Source: an uncultured Alphaproteobacteria bacterium
GTDB lineage: Bacteria; Pseudomonadota; Alphaproteobacteria; RF32; CAG-239
Assembly (NCBI GenBank): GCA_905235385.1
Contig: CAJOLB010000001.1
Coordinates: 1-50,228 of the forward strand
Length of the DNA: 50,228 nt
Direction: 5' to 3'
Made by a program: the position numbers and the translations under genes. The notes under the pieces were generated by a model that did not search any database, was not told where the DNA came from, and saw only the letters and a program-made list of their open reading frames with translations. Positions 9,267 to 18,918 of this stretch are shown here, piece by piece (positions within the stretch are counted from its first letter, which is position 1; the number at the start of each line of letters is the position of its first letter).

Positions 9267-9294
9267 AAATAGGTTCCTTTTTTCTTTACGATTC
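9267..9294 (-). repeat. Solo partial copy of the 42-bp AA-centred palindromic site
   Basis: Minus strand GAATCGTAAAGAAAAAAGG-AA-CCTATTT matches the copies at 19521, 19617 and 45832. Confidence 0.75.
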
Positions 9295-9433
9295 ACTAAA
9301 TTATATTCATCTATTTCAAACACTTGATATAATGCACATAAAACTTATGCAAACTTTCAATATGCAATCTTGCTTATTGAAAAGAAATTTGTTATATATA
9401 AAGCATATCAATTATTTTTTAGGAGTTCTTATC

Positions 9434-10324
9434 ATGTTTCAAAAACCGGAAGTTTGTATTTTACCGGTCGCAGGTTTATCTACCCGCAATCTACCGGCAA
9501 CGAAAGTTCTTCATAAAGGCTTCTTAACCTTAAACAATTTACCGATTATTCAATATGCCGTTGACTGTTGCAGAGAGATCGACATCAAAGAAATTGTTTT
9601 TATTTACAGCGATCAATCTTGCAAACATTTATTTGAACAATATTACGCTCCCTATCCTTTTTTAGAAAACCACTTAAGAGAAAAGAATAAACTGGATTTA
9701 CTTAAAATTTTAGAAGATATTATCCCTGAAGGCATGAAATTTTCATTTGCGCTTCAAGACAAACCTCTTGGAAACGGACATGCCATTTTAATGGCAAAAG
9801 AAATTGTAGGCAAACGCAATTTTATTGTGATGTGGCCTGATGACGTTTATATCAACTTAAACGGCTCGTGTGTCTTAAAAGAACTTTGCGATGTTTATGA
9901 AAAAGAAGGCGGTGTAGTGGAAAATATTATGGAATTTCCACGCGAAGAAATGGTGCGTTACGGTGCTTTGATCGGAGCTATGAAAGATGGCAATGTCGTG
10001 CGCGCCAAAGGTTTGGTTGAAAAGCCGGCATTGGCTGACGTACCTTCAAATTTTGCAAGTATGGGGCCATACATATTGCCCAATGTTGTGATGGATTTGT
10101 TACCGGAAGTCCGAAAAGGAACAAACGGCGAAATCAATTTAACGGATGCCATCAATTTAGCCGTGCAAAGAGGTGAAAAATTAACCGGAGTTTTAAGCCA
10201 TTCAGTCCGTTTTGATTGCGGCACAAATAAAGATTTAGCCAAAGCAAACATCAAACTCAGTTTAATGAAAAACGAAGAATTGCGTCAATATGCACGTGAA
10301 GTTCTTTCAGAGCTTGAAAATTGA
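9434..10324 (+). CDS. galU: UTP--glucose-1-phosphate uridylyltransferase (divergent)
   Basis: PVAGLSTRNLPATK, QDKPLGNGHAI, LVEKP, GEINLTDAI, RFDCG. AGGAG RBS before ATG 9434. Confidence 0.85.
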   Translation: MFQKPEVCILPVAGLSTRNLPATKVLHKGFLTLNNLPIIQYAVDCCREIDIKEIVFIYSDQSCKHLFEQYYAPYPFLENHLREKNKLDLLKILEDIIPEGMKFSFALQDKPLGNGHAILMAKEIVGKRNFIVMWPDDVYINLNGSCVLKELCDVYEKEGGVVENIMEFPREEMVRYGALIGAMKDGNVVRAKGLVEKPALADVPSNFASMGPYILPNVVMDLLPEVRKGTNGEINLTDAINLAVQRGEKLTGVLSHSVRFDCGTNKDLAKANIKLSLMKNEELRQYAREVLSELEN

Positions 10325-10343
10325 AATTTTTCATCTTAAAAGC

Positions 10344-10368
10344 AAAGCCCTGAAAAAATCGGGGTTTT
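10344..10368. terminator. Terminator between convergent galU and spoT
   Basis: AAAGCCCTGA-AAAAA-TCGGGGTTTT hairpin with G-U pairs. Confidence 0.6.
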
Positions 10369-10372
10369 ATTT

Positions 10373-12508
10373 TTATTCTGCAGCACGTGATACGGAATGA
10401 ACAACTTTTGAAGACTTTAAAGATGAAACAATATGGGTTAAATGTTCCACATCTTTGACTTCCAAGTCAATCAATAATTCGAAATAGGCCGGCATTCTGT
10501 TGGCGATATTTAAGTTTGAAATATTTGCCCCTTCTTTAGCGATTAAATTTGAAAGATCACCGAGTGCGCCGGCTTCGTTGCTTAACATCACCTTAATACG
10601 TGCAGTATGTGATTCGTTAATGGCTTCATCACCCCAGTCAATATCAAGCCAACGTTCCGGCTGATTATTAAACTTCTCAAGAGCTTTGCAATCTGTTTTA
10701 TGAACAGTAACACCTTTACCTGTTGTTACGATACCGACAATTCTATCGCCCGGCAACGGATGGCAACATTTCCCGAAATTAACCGCCATATTATCAATAA
10801 GTCCTTTAATTTTAAGGGGCTCTGTCTTCTTTTTCTTTTTAAACAGAGGTGCCTTTAAACTTTCGACAACTTTTTCGATTTTTGATTGTTTATAAGCAGG
10901 ATAAGCGGCTCTTAAAACATCCCATCCGGTAACAAGCCCCTCACCGACTTTGCTGAATATATCATCAATCGTTTCCGCATTAAAGTTTTGTAAAACATTA
11001 ACCAAAACTCTATCAGAAAACTCAAGGCTTTCCCCCTTAAAGAGGCGTTCCAAAATCTCTTTTCCCAAAGACACGAATTGTTCGCGTTTTGTTGCTCTGA
11101 CATATCGTCTTATAGCTGCTTTTGCCTTACCGGTAACGACAAAGCGATCCCATTCCGTCGACGGATGCTGAGCCTTAGACGTTAAAATATCAACTTGATC
11201 TCCGTTTTGTAAAACGGTTCTTAAAGGAGCAATCTCGCCGTTAACTTTAGCCCCGACACAGGTATCTCCGACACGAGAGTGAACCGCATATGCAAAATCT
11301 ACCGGCGTAGAACCACGAGGAAGTCCGATTAAATCTCCTTTAGGTGTAAAACAGAAAACTTGATCATTATACATTTCAAGTTTTGTATTTTCCAAAAATT
11401 CCTCAGGATTATCTGCTTGTTCCAAAATTTCCAAAAGTTCTCTGATCCACCTGAAATGCATACCTTCGGCTTTTTGTCCTTGTTTATATGCCCAATGTGC
11501 CGCCACACCTTTTTCGGCAATTTCATGCATTTGATAAGTTCGTATTTGAACTTCAATACGTGTATCTTCCGGACCGATAACACCGGTGTGAATCGACTGA
11601 TAACCATTTGGTTTTGGGGTTGAGATATAATCCTTAAACCGTCTCGGAACCATGTGATATTTACTGTGAATCACACCTAAAGCCTGATAGCAAGCCGCCA
11701 CATCATCAACGCAAATACGAAACGCCATAATATCTGAAAGTTGTTCAAAAGAAGCATTTTTCTGCTGCATCTTTTTCCAGATGGAATAAGGCGCTTTTTC
11801 TCGCCCCGTAACCGTGGCTTCAATACCATTTTCTGACATATCGTGTTCCAAAGTTTCAATAATCTTCGGAATAATGTCACTGCCCTGCTCACGTAAAAAG
11901 CTCAAACGGGCAATAATGGAATCATGAGCTTCTTTATACAATTCAGAAAACGCAATTTCTTCAAGTTCATCTTTGACTTCCTGCATACCGATTCGTTCAG
12001 CTAAGGGTGCATATATATCAAGCGTTTCTTTCGCGATTCTCGCCCTCTTGTCTTCAGGACAATAATGAAGAGTTCTCATATTATGTAATCTATCTGCTAA
12101 TTTAATCAGCAAAACCCTGATATCATCAGACATCGCAAGTAAGAGTTTTCGAAAATTTTCAGCCTGTTTGCTGCTACCGGATTTTTGCTCAATAGTTGCA
12201 AGTTTTGTTAAGCCGTCAACCAAAGAAGCAACTTGATCGCCGAATAAACGACGCACTTCATCAATTGTTGTATCTGTATCCTCAACAGTATCATGAAGCA
12301 ATCCGGCAATAATAGAGGCGCTGTCTAATCTGAATTTTGTTAAGATGCCCGCAACTTCAATAGGATGAGAATAATAAGGATCGCCCGAAGTGCGAAACTG
12401 CCCGCTATGCTTTTTCATAGCAAAGACATAAGCCCTGTTGAGTGCATCCTCATCAGCTTCAGGATCATACGACTTTACCAAATCAACCAATTCATACTGT
12501 CTTAACAT
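10373..12508 (-). CDS. spoT: Bifunctional (p)ppGpp synthetase/hydrolase (long RSH)
   Basis: HD hydrolase LLHDTVEDT, RFKDYISTPKPNGYQSIHT, EVQIRT, TGS domain DFAYAVHS, C-terminal ACT domain. Confidence 0.96.
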   Translation of the reverse strand: MLRQYELVDLVKSYDPEADEDALNRAYVFAMKKHSGQFRTSGDPYYSHPIEVAGILTKFRLDSASIIAGLLHDTVEDTDTTIDEVRRLFGDQVASLVDGLTKLATIEQKSGSSKQAENFRKLLLAMSDDIRVLLIKLADRLHNMRTLHYCPEDKRARIAKETLDIYAPLAERIGMQEVKDELEEIAFSELYKEAHDSIIARLSFLREQGSDIIPKIIETLEHDMSENGIEATVTGREKAPYSIWKKMQQKNASFEQLSDIMAFRICVDDVAACYQALGVIHSKYHMVPRRFKDYISTPKPNGYQSIHTGVIGPEDTRIEVQIRTYQMHEIAEKGVAAHWAYKQGQKAEGMHFRWIRELLEILEQADNPEEFLENTKLEMYNDQVFCFTPKGDLIGLPRGSTPVDFAYAVHSRVGDTCVGAKVNGEIAPLRTVLQNGDQVDILTSKAQHPSTEWDRFVVTGKAKAAIRRYVRATKREQFVSLGKEILERLFKGESLEFSDRVLVNVLQNFNAETIDDIFSKVGEGLVTGWDVLRAAYPAYKQSKIEKVVESLKAPLFKKKKKTEPLKIKGLIDNMAVNFGKCCHPLPGDRIVGIVTTGKGVTVHKTDCKALEKFNNQPERWLDIDWGDEAINESHTARIKVMLSNEAGALGDLSNLIAKEGANISNLNIANRMPAYFELLIDLEVKDVEHLTHIVSSLKSSKVVHSVSRAAE

Positions 12509-12522
12509 GATATTTCCACAAC

Positions 12523-12555
12523 AAAAAAAATGGCAGAATCAAAATTTCTGCCATT
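12523..12555 (-). terminator. Intrinsic terminator between rpoZ and spoT
   Basis: Minus strand AATGGCAGAA-ATTTTGA-TTCTGCCATT followed by a T run. Confidence 0.65.
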
Positions 12556-12584
12556 CAGTATAAAGTCAAAAGATTGAAAGAATA

Positions 12585-13043
12585 TTAAAATTCTTCCCCT
12601 TCATCAGCAAAATCTTCGCTTGAATCATCAAAAGATTCATCAGACAGCTCTGAATCGTTAATGTCATCTAAAGCATCATCCATGCCATCTTTAATTTGCA
12701 TTGTATCATCCAAGTCTTCATCTAAAAGCATTGAAGTATCAAATTGAGCGTCCAAATCAGCCAATTCTTTTTCTGCGGCAACGATTTCAATTTCTTCTTC
12801 TTCAGGTTCTTCAACTTCAACATATTTTTGCAAATTCAAGACCAAAGATTTTTGTAAATCTTCAATGCTGACTTTATCTTCAGCAATTTCACGCAAAGCC
12901 ACAACAGAGTTTTTATCATTATCACGCTCAACACGCAAAGGCGAACCTTGTTCAATATCTTTTGCTCTTTGAGCAGCGACCATTAAAAGTTCATAACGAT
13001 TCGGAACTTTTTCAATACAATCTTCAACAGTTACACGAGCCAT
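12585..13043 (-). CDS. rpoZ: RNA polymerase omega subunit with acidic tail
   Basis: MARVTVEDC...NRYEL...RDNDKNSVVALREIA; located upstream of spoT. Confidence 0.96.
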   Translation of the reverse strand: MARVTVEDCIEKVPNRYELLMVAAQRAKDIEQGSPLRVERDNDKNSVVALREIAEDKVSIEDLQKSLVLNLQKYVEVEEPEEEEIEIVAAEKELADLDAQFDTSMLLDEDLDDTMQIKDGMDDALDDINDSELSDESFDDSSEDFADEGEEF

Positions 13044-13150
13044 GTTTTCCACCCTATATAAGAAATTAAATTCAACTTTTGTAACCTTATAACGACTCTT
13101 ATTTCAAAATGCAAGATTTTTTTTCTTATTTTATATAAAATATATTTATT

Positions 13151-14383
13151 TCAGTCACTTAAAGGAGAAGTTAACATCATTGAGCCGAAAGGTTTCAGCT
13201 TTTCTTTGATAATCGATTCGTTTTTTAAGGCTTGTCTGACATCATTTTCAGTTGTTTTATACATTTCTAAAAAGCTTTGCAAAGTCGCATATTGCCTGTT
13301 TCGCCATTTAGGCGACAAACTTTTCAAATGTGCATTATAGAGTCCTTTTTTATACTCTTGCAACATCGTTAATTTAGCATCTGAAATAAGAATGGTTCGA
13401 TAAGCCTTGATTGTCTTATCACAAGTTAACGCCCACTCTTTGAGGTTAAAACCTTCTTTTGAAACAATTTTCAAAAACTCGGTTTCAAGCCCCGCCCACC
13501 TGATTTTCAAAGCAAGCCGCTGACAAGGATTAACAATGTCTTTTAAGGTATTCATCTCAAGCGCTGTATCATTTTTTTCCTCATAATAATCAAGCAATCT
13601 CTCTGCTTGAATAAGTTTATACTTATTATCAAGAGTTGAAAAAGCCAAAACACCGTCCAAAGTATTTGTAAAAGCTTTAACATCAGCAGTTGTTAATGGC
13701 GAGGATTTTGTAATTTTGAGGGTTCGTAAATTATCCGATAATGTAATTTGAGAAGGTTCGTTAGAGCCGCCGTAACCGCCCTCTTTAATTTTTTTTGATA
13801 AATTTTTATAAAAATCGGGAGTATAAGGAATCTTTGGAATTTTAGCACGTCTTATCTTAGGTGTTTCAATATCCTTGTTATTTTCGGGCCACATTTCAGG
13901 CATCAGTAAGATATATAAATAAGGAGAAAGAAATTCTAAATTCTCCACATCAGCCAATTGCGGAGCTATGCGCTCCGGAAATTTGTGCTTTGTTTCTTTA
14001 ATACCCGGCAAATTAAGAATCTTTTCTGGTATTCCGGGAGCTGAATGCAAAAACGGACCGATATAAGGATAAAATTCTTTAGGAAGCGTGAGAATCATTT
14101 CAACCAAATCATCTTCACCTGCTGCCCGAATACGTTTTTCACTTGTTCCATATGTTCGAATAACATATCGCCATATATTGTCAAAAGTTGTTCCCATATC
14201 CCAAGAAAGAACATAACGCGGTTCATAAATAGCTGAGATTTTATTAAGTTCTTTGCTTAGTTGTTGTAAATCAGGAACGGGAGAATCAAGATCAACCTCA
14301 AAATATTTACTGTAATCAAGAGATTCAGCCAAACTTGAACAGCTAAAAAGAAGACACGATAAAAATACTAAAAGCTTTGTCAT
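13151..14383 (-). CDS. Exported hypothetical protein
   Basis: 410-aa ORF with an N-terminal signal peptide and GAGGA RBS. No family recognised. Confidence 0.8.
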   Translation of the reverse strand: MTKLLVFLSCLLFSCSSLAESLDYSKYFEVDLDSPVPDLQQLSKELNKISAIYEPRYVLSWDMGTTFDNIWRYVIRTYGTSEKRIRAAGEDDLVEMILTLPKEFYPYIGPFLHSAPGIPEKILNLPGIKETKHKFPERIAPQLADVENLEFLSPYLYILLMPEMWPENNKDIETPKIRRAKIPKIPYTPDFYKNLSKKIKEGGYGGSNEPSQITLSDNLRTLKITKSSPLTTADVKAFTNTLDGVLAFSTLDNKYKLIQAERLLDYYEEKNDTALEMNTLKDIVNPCQRLALKIRWAGLETEFLKIVSKEGFNLKEWALTCDKTIKAYRTILISDAKLTMLQEYKKGLYNAHLKSLSPKWRNRQYATLQSFLEMYKTTENDVRQALKNESIIKEKLKPFGSMMLTSPLSD

Positions 14384-14520
14384 ATTAAATCCTCACCAAA
14401 AGCAAAATAACATATAAAAATAAGAAAAAAAAGTGATATTTTGAAAAATTAACTCTAGACTTATTTTAATTCTTACATTAAAGTAAAGCCAGAAGTTTAA
14501 TTCATTAAATGGAGGGAAAA

Positions 14521-14958
14521 ATGGCTTGGACCAATGAAATGATTGATAAATTAAAACAGATGTGGAAAAAAGGATCAACAACGAACGAAATCGCAAAAGA
14601 GTTGGGTGTATCCAAAAATTCCATCATCGGAAAAGTACATCGCTTGAATTTAACCGCTCGTCCTTCTCCGATAAAGAAAAAAGAAAAACCCGTTCCACAA
14701 ACACCTGCTGCTGTTTCTCCTGCAAGCACAAAAGAAACAAAATCTACGAAAATTACCGTTAATCCGATCGAAGTAACTGCCCATAACAACACCTGTCTTA
14801 AATTAAGCGAATTGGACAGCCACACATGCCGTTGGCCGATCGGCGACCCGAAAGATGACAATTTCTGTTTTTGCGGCAAAAAAGTTCGCGCCGGACAAAC
14901 CTATTGCGATGAACACGCTGCCATAGCATATGTCAAACCGGGAAAGAAAGAAAAATAA
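14521..14958 (+). CDS. gcrA: Cell-cycle regulator GcrA
   Basis: MAWTNE...IAKELGVSKNSIIGKVHRL; TCRWPIGDP...FCFCG...YCDEH. GGAGG RBS. Confidence 0.95.
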   Translation: MAWTNEMIDKLKQMWKKGSTTNEIAKELGVSKNSIIGKVHRLNLTARPSPIKKKEKPVPQTPAAVSPASTKETKSTKITVNPIEVTAHNNTCLKLSELDSHTCRWPIGDPKDDNFCFCGKKVRAGQTYCDEHAAIAYVKPGKKEK

Positions 14959-15356
14959 TGGTTCAAAAACAAATTGCTGCCGGCATTATCACACATGCCG
15001 GCAAAATTTTAATCGGGCAACGTAAAAAAGGGAAAGACCTTGAATTTTTATGGGAACTTCCCGGTGGAAAGTTGGAAGAAGGCGAAACTCTTAAAGATTG
15101 CCTAAAGCGTGAACTCATGGAAGAAATGGGGCTCAAAGTTCAAGTCGGCTCTCTTTTTATGCAAAAAGCTTATGACTATGATTTCGGAAGCTTTGTCATT
15201 AATGCCTTTTTCGCCGAGACGGAAAATTTTGATATTCCGAAAATTTGCGAGCATGAAAAAGTGCTCTGGGTAAAACCGGAAGACATACTGAAATATGAAT
15301 TTTCACCTGCGGATATTCCGATTATCAAGGCCTATCTTAATTCTCTGAAACTTTAG
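14958..15356 (+). CDS. MutT/NudG-type Nudix pyrophosphohydrolase
   Basis: Nudix box WELPGGKLEEGETLKDCLKRELMEEMG; PADIP. Confidence 0.9.
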   Translation: MVQKQIAAGIITHAGKILIGQRKKGKDLEFLWELPGGKLEEGETLKDCLKRELMEEMGLKVQVGSLFMQKAYDYDFGSFVINAFFAETENFDIPKICEHEKVLWVKPEDILKYEFSPADIPIIKAYLNSLKL

Positions 15357-16347
15357 TCGGTAATTTACCGTTATGTCCCCCGTATCCCATACCTACTTTA
15401 CGGCCGATACTTTGAATCTTAATTCCGATACAGGTGCGGCATTGAAGCGGTTGTTCGTTCACGCAAATCTTTCCGGGATAAAGTTCATAATATTTTCGAT
15501 ATTCACCCTCCGTAACATTCGGCATCACAACATTAGCACCGGCTTGAAGTGCAAGTATTCTCCCTTTCGGATGAAGACTTTCCATAGCCGTGGTCGCCGG
15601 AATATTAATATCCGGCATTAATATGCGCATAACAGCCATTGTTCTGAGAGCTAAGCTCAAAGTGCCGTTCTTTTCATCTTTAAGCGGTGTATCTTGATGC
15701 GCAATAAACGGACCGATTCCGGCCATATCGACACCGATTTTTTTAAGATAAAGCAAATCTCCCGCAATACTTTCAATACTTTGTTCCGGCAACCCGACCA
15801 TAATTCCCGACCCGAGTTCATAGCCGAGTTCTTTAATCATTAACAGACATTCGTGCCTCTTATCCCAACTCATATTCGGATTGAGCTTATGGTATAAATC
15901 TTTGTCTGTCGTTTCAATGCGCATTAGATAACGATCGGCGCCGGCATTCTTGAATGCTTTATATTCATCATAAGTTCTCTCCCCGATACTTAAAGTAATT
16001 GCCACATCAAACTTTTTAATAGATTCGATAATATGACACATACGCAATGTATTATAATACATATCTTCACCGGATTGCATAACAATCGTCTTAAACCCCA
16101 TATCGGCAGCTTTATGAGCAGTATCAATAAGTTCATCCTCACTCATACGATAACGATGTGCATTTTTATTATCTTTTCTGATGCCGCAATACAAACAGTT
16201 GTTTCTGCATATATTCGAAAACTCAATAAGCCCGCGCAGATGCACTTCATCACCGACATATTGCTTGCGCAAATCATCGGCTTTTTTAAAAAGGCATTGC
16301 TCATCATCTGTTTTCAGAAGATTAAAAATTTCTGTTGTATTCATCAT
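15337..16347 (-). CDS. hydE: [FeFe]-hydrogenase maturase, radical SAM
   Basis: RGLIEFSNICRNNCLYC, GADRYLMRIET, PATTA, YELYPGK, C-terminal CX7CX2C. Confidence 0.88.
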   Translation of the reverse strand: MMNTTEIFNLLKTDDEQCLFKKADDLRKQYVGDEVHLRGLIEFSNICRNNCLYCGIRKDNKNAHRYRMSEDELIDTAHKAADMGFKTIVMQSGEDMYYNTLRMCHIIESIKKFDVAITLSIGERTYDEYKAFKNAGADRYLMRIETTDKDLYHKLNPNMSWDKRHECLLMIKELGYELGSGIMVGLPEQSIESIAGDLLYLKKIGVDMAGIGPFIAHQDTPLKDEKNGTLSLALRTMAVMRILMPDINIPATTAMESLHPKGRILALQAGANVVMPNVTEGEYRKYYELYPGKICVNEQPLQCRTCIGIKIQSIGRKVGMGYGGHNGKLPTKVSEN

Positions 16348-16442
16348 AAATGCAAGTATATAAAAGCAAAATTTAAATGCAATTATTTTTTTAAATGCTT
16401 TTTAACTTTCTAAATTTATATATAAAACAAAAGGGGAAAGCC

Positions 16443-17225
16443 ATGGAATTAACTTTATCTACATTTTTAATCGTATGCCCGTTTGCTTTTTTAGCCGGTT
16501 TCGTTGATTCTATCGGTGGTGGCGGCGGACTTATTTCTTTGCCTGCTTATGTTATCGCCGGCCTTCCGGCAAACACGGCCGTATTTACGAACAAACTGTC
16601 AGCCTGTTTGGGAACAATCGTTGCAACAGCACGCTATTGTAAAAATAATTTCATTGATAAAAGTTTAGCTTTGGTCGGCATTTTAACGGCGGCATGCGGC
16701 GGATTGATAGGCGCAAGATGCGCTCTGATGGTTGATGAAGTCATATTTAAGATTTTGCTTCTCGTGTTATTGCCTCTTATTGCAATGTATGTCTTATTAA
16801 AAAAAGATTTAGAGCCGAAAGATACACAAACCTTATCCAGAAACAAGCAATACATCATTGTTTCAATTGCTACTTTCTTTTTAGGAACATATGTCGGTTT
16901 TTATGGTCCCGGCTCAGGAACATTTTTGATTTTGGCTTATGCCGGACTTGCAAAAATGAACATTCTAAAAGCAGAAGGCAATGCTAAATTGGCAAATATG
17001 ACGGCTGATATGTGTTCTCTTTTCATTTTTCTTGCCAACGGAGTCGTGATTATTCCTTTAGGTCTGACCGCGGCTGCTTTCAGCATTGCGGGAAATTATA
17101 TCGGCGCAGGTGTGGCAATGAAAAATGGTAGTAGAGTTATCAGAATCGTTGTCCTATCTGTTTTAGCTATATTATTTATAAAAGTTATATGGGATTCCGG
17201 AAAATATTTTATTAACTGGTTTTAA
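16443..17225 (+). CDS. TauE/SafE (TSUP) family permease
   Basis: AGFVDSIGGGGGLISLPA, GFYGPGSGTFL, multiple TM helices. Confidence 0.9.
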   Translation: MELTLSTFLIVCPFAFLAGFVDSIGGGGGLISLPAYVIAGLPANTAVFTNKLSACLGTIVATARYCKNNFIDKSLALVGILTAACGGLIGARCALMVDEVIFKILLLVLLPLIAMYVLLKKDLEPKDTQTLSRNKQYIIVSIATFFLGTYVGFYGPGSGTFLILAYAGLAKMNILKAEGNAKLANMTADMCSLFIFLANGVVIIPLGLTAAAFSIAGNYIGAGVAMKNGSRVIRIVVLSVLAILFIKVIWDSGKYFINWF

Positions 17226-17226
17226 T

Positions 17227-17254
17227 AAAAAAAAAGCCCGAAAACTCGGGACTT
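17227..17254. terminator. Terminator between convergent genes
   Basis: A-run, CCCGA-AAAC-TCGGG hairpin. Confidence 0.55.
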
Positions 17255-17257
17255 AAT

Positions 17258-18022
17258 TTATTTTGTCTTATTTAAGGCTTGCCATTCAAACCATTTGGCG
17301 ATTTTTAAAAACCTGAAATAAGCATAAGATGTTGCCATCCAAAAACCGCATGTGCCATATAAAAAATAGCGACGACAGAAATAATAAAACAAAAACTGAC
17401 GCGGCATTTCCGTATATAAACGAAGTTTTGAATATTTCTTGTTTTTCTTTAAAGCCGTTTGAACAAGTTCATCCGTATACATATTAAGCTTAAACCAAAG
17501 TTGCGTAAGTGACACGTAAGAATAATGCCAAACTTTTGACTTTAACTGTTCAACTTGGCAATTCTCGCCCAAAACAACGCGGTCGTGCGTCAAGTCATCC
17601 GGCATATTTGCTTTTTCACGGTTATATAAACGAACTTGATTGTATGTTTTTGCAAAACGACGCGGTTTTTTATCACCGGGAAGCATATCGCATATTTTCA
17701 TTTTATAAGCATCTGCCGACGGTGCTTTTTTAATTTCTTTAATTTCTTTAATCAAGTCATCAGATAAGACCTCATCGGCATCAAGCGACAAAACCCAATC
17801 ATTTTTGCATTTGTTTTGCGCGAAATGCTTTTGAGAAGAAATATTTTTCCATTGATGGAAAATAAAGTTTGCTTTGTTTTTCAAAGCGATTTCTTTTGTT
17901 TTATCCGAGCTGCCACTGTCAACAACAATTATTTCATCAGCCACTTTGGCAGCCGCCTTTAATGTTTTATCAAGGCGTTTTTCCTCATTTAAGGTGACCA
18001 AATAAACAGAAAGTTTAATCAT
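17258..18022 (-). CDS. GT2 glycosyltransferase (WaaE/KdtX-like LPS core glucosyltransferase)
   Basis: NEE...IIVVDSGSSDKT, DWVLSLDADE. Confidence 0.88.
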   Translation of the reverse strand: MIKLSVYLVTLNEEKRLDKTLKAAAKVADEIIVVDSGSSDKTKEIALKNKANFIFHQWKNISSQKHFAQNKCKNDWVLSLDADEVLSDDLIKEIKEIKKAPSADAYKMKICDMLPGDKKPRRFAKTYNQVRLYNREKANMPDDLTHDRVVLGENCQVEQLKSKVWHYSYVSLTQLWFKLNMYTDELVQTALKKNKKYSKLRLYTEMPRQFLFYYFCRRYFLYGTCGFWMATSYAYFRFLKIAKWFEWQALNKTK

Positions 18023-18838
18023 CTAAAATTGCTCCAAAACCTCAGCCAATTCTTTGGCTTTGTCAATGTTAAACATGGCTGTTTGATGGAAACCTGCGTC
18101 CACATGAACAACTTCTCCGGTGATAGCCGAACCTAAATCAGAAAGCAAAGCAAGCGCCGTATTACCAACCTCATCTTGCGTTACATTGCGGCGAAGCGGC
18201 GTATTCAGTTCATTGTATTTCAAAATTTTCTTAAAATCGCCGATGCCTGATGCCGCCAAAGTTTTAATCGGACCGGCTGAAATGGCATTAACACGGACGC
18301 CTTGCTTGCCTAAATCTGCAGCAGCATATCTGACCGATGCTTCCAAAGCGGCTTTTGCCACACCCATAATATTATAATTCGGAAGCGACCTTTCAGCGCC
18401 GATATACGTTAAAGTAAGTACAGCTCCACCCTCATTTAAAATAGGCGAAGCGTTGCGGCAGGCCTCTAAAAAAGAATAACACGAAATGTGCATTGTGTTT
18501 AAGAAGTTATCAAGCGTTGTATCAATGGTCCGACCTTTCAGCTGATCTTTATCCGAAAAGGCAATAGCGTGCACAACAAAATCAATTTTACCCCATTTTT
18601 CAAAAAGTTCTTTAAAACAATTTTCAACGGAAGCCCCGTCTGTGACATCGCATTTAATAAGCATTGTTTCGTTGGCAAGTTGCTCAGATAGAGGTTTTAC
18701 TCTTTTTTCTAAAGCCTCATTTTGGTATGAAATAGCTATTTTAGCCCCTTCTCTATCCAAAGCCTTAGCTATTCCCCAAGCGATTGAGTGATCATTGGCC
18801 AGCCCCATAATGAGCCCCTTTTTACCTTCCATCAACAT
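18023..18838 (-). CDS. fabI: Enoyl-ACP reductase
   Basis: GLANDHSIAWGIA, YNIMGVAKAALE, SAGPIKTLAASGI. Confidence 0.96.
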   Translation of the reverse strand: MLMEGKKGLIMGLANDHSIAWGIAKALDREGAKIAISYQNEALEKRVKPLSEQLANETMLIKCDVTDGASVENCFKELFEKWGKIDFVVHAIAFSDKDQLKGRTIDTTLDNFLNTMHISCYSFLEACRNASPILNEGGAVLTLTYIGAERSLPNYNIMGVAKAALEASVRYAAADLGKQGVRVNAISAGPIKTLAASGIGDFKKILKYNELNTPLRRNVTQDEVGNTALALLSDLGSAITGEVVHVDAGFHQTAMFNIDKAKELAEVLEQF

Positions 18839-18918
18839 ATAAACAAATCCTTTTAATATTAACAGATAGCTTTTTATTAGCCGATTTTATAAAAAAAGTA
18901 AACTGTTTTTATATCTTT

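Noticed and set aside
15337-16347. Biotin synthase call
   Set aside because: The YxxYPGK and CX7CX2C motifs fit HydE better.
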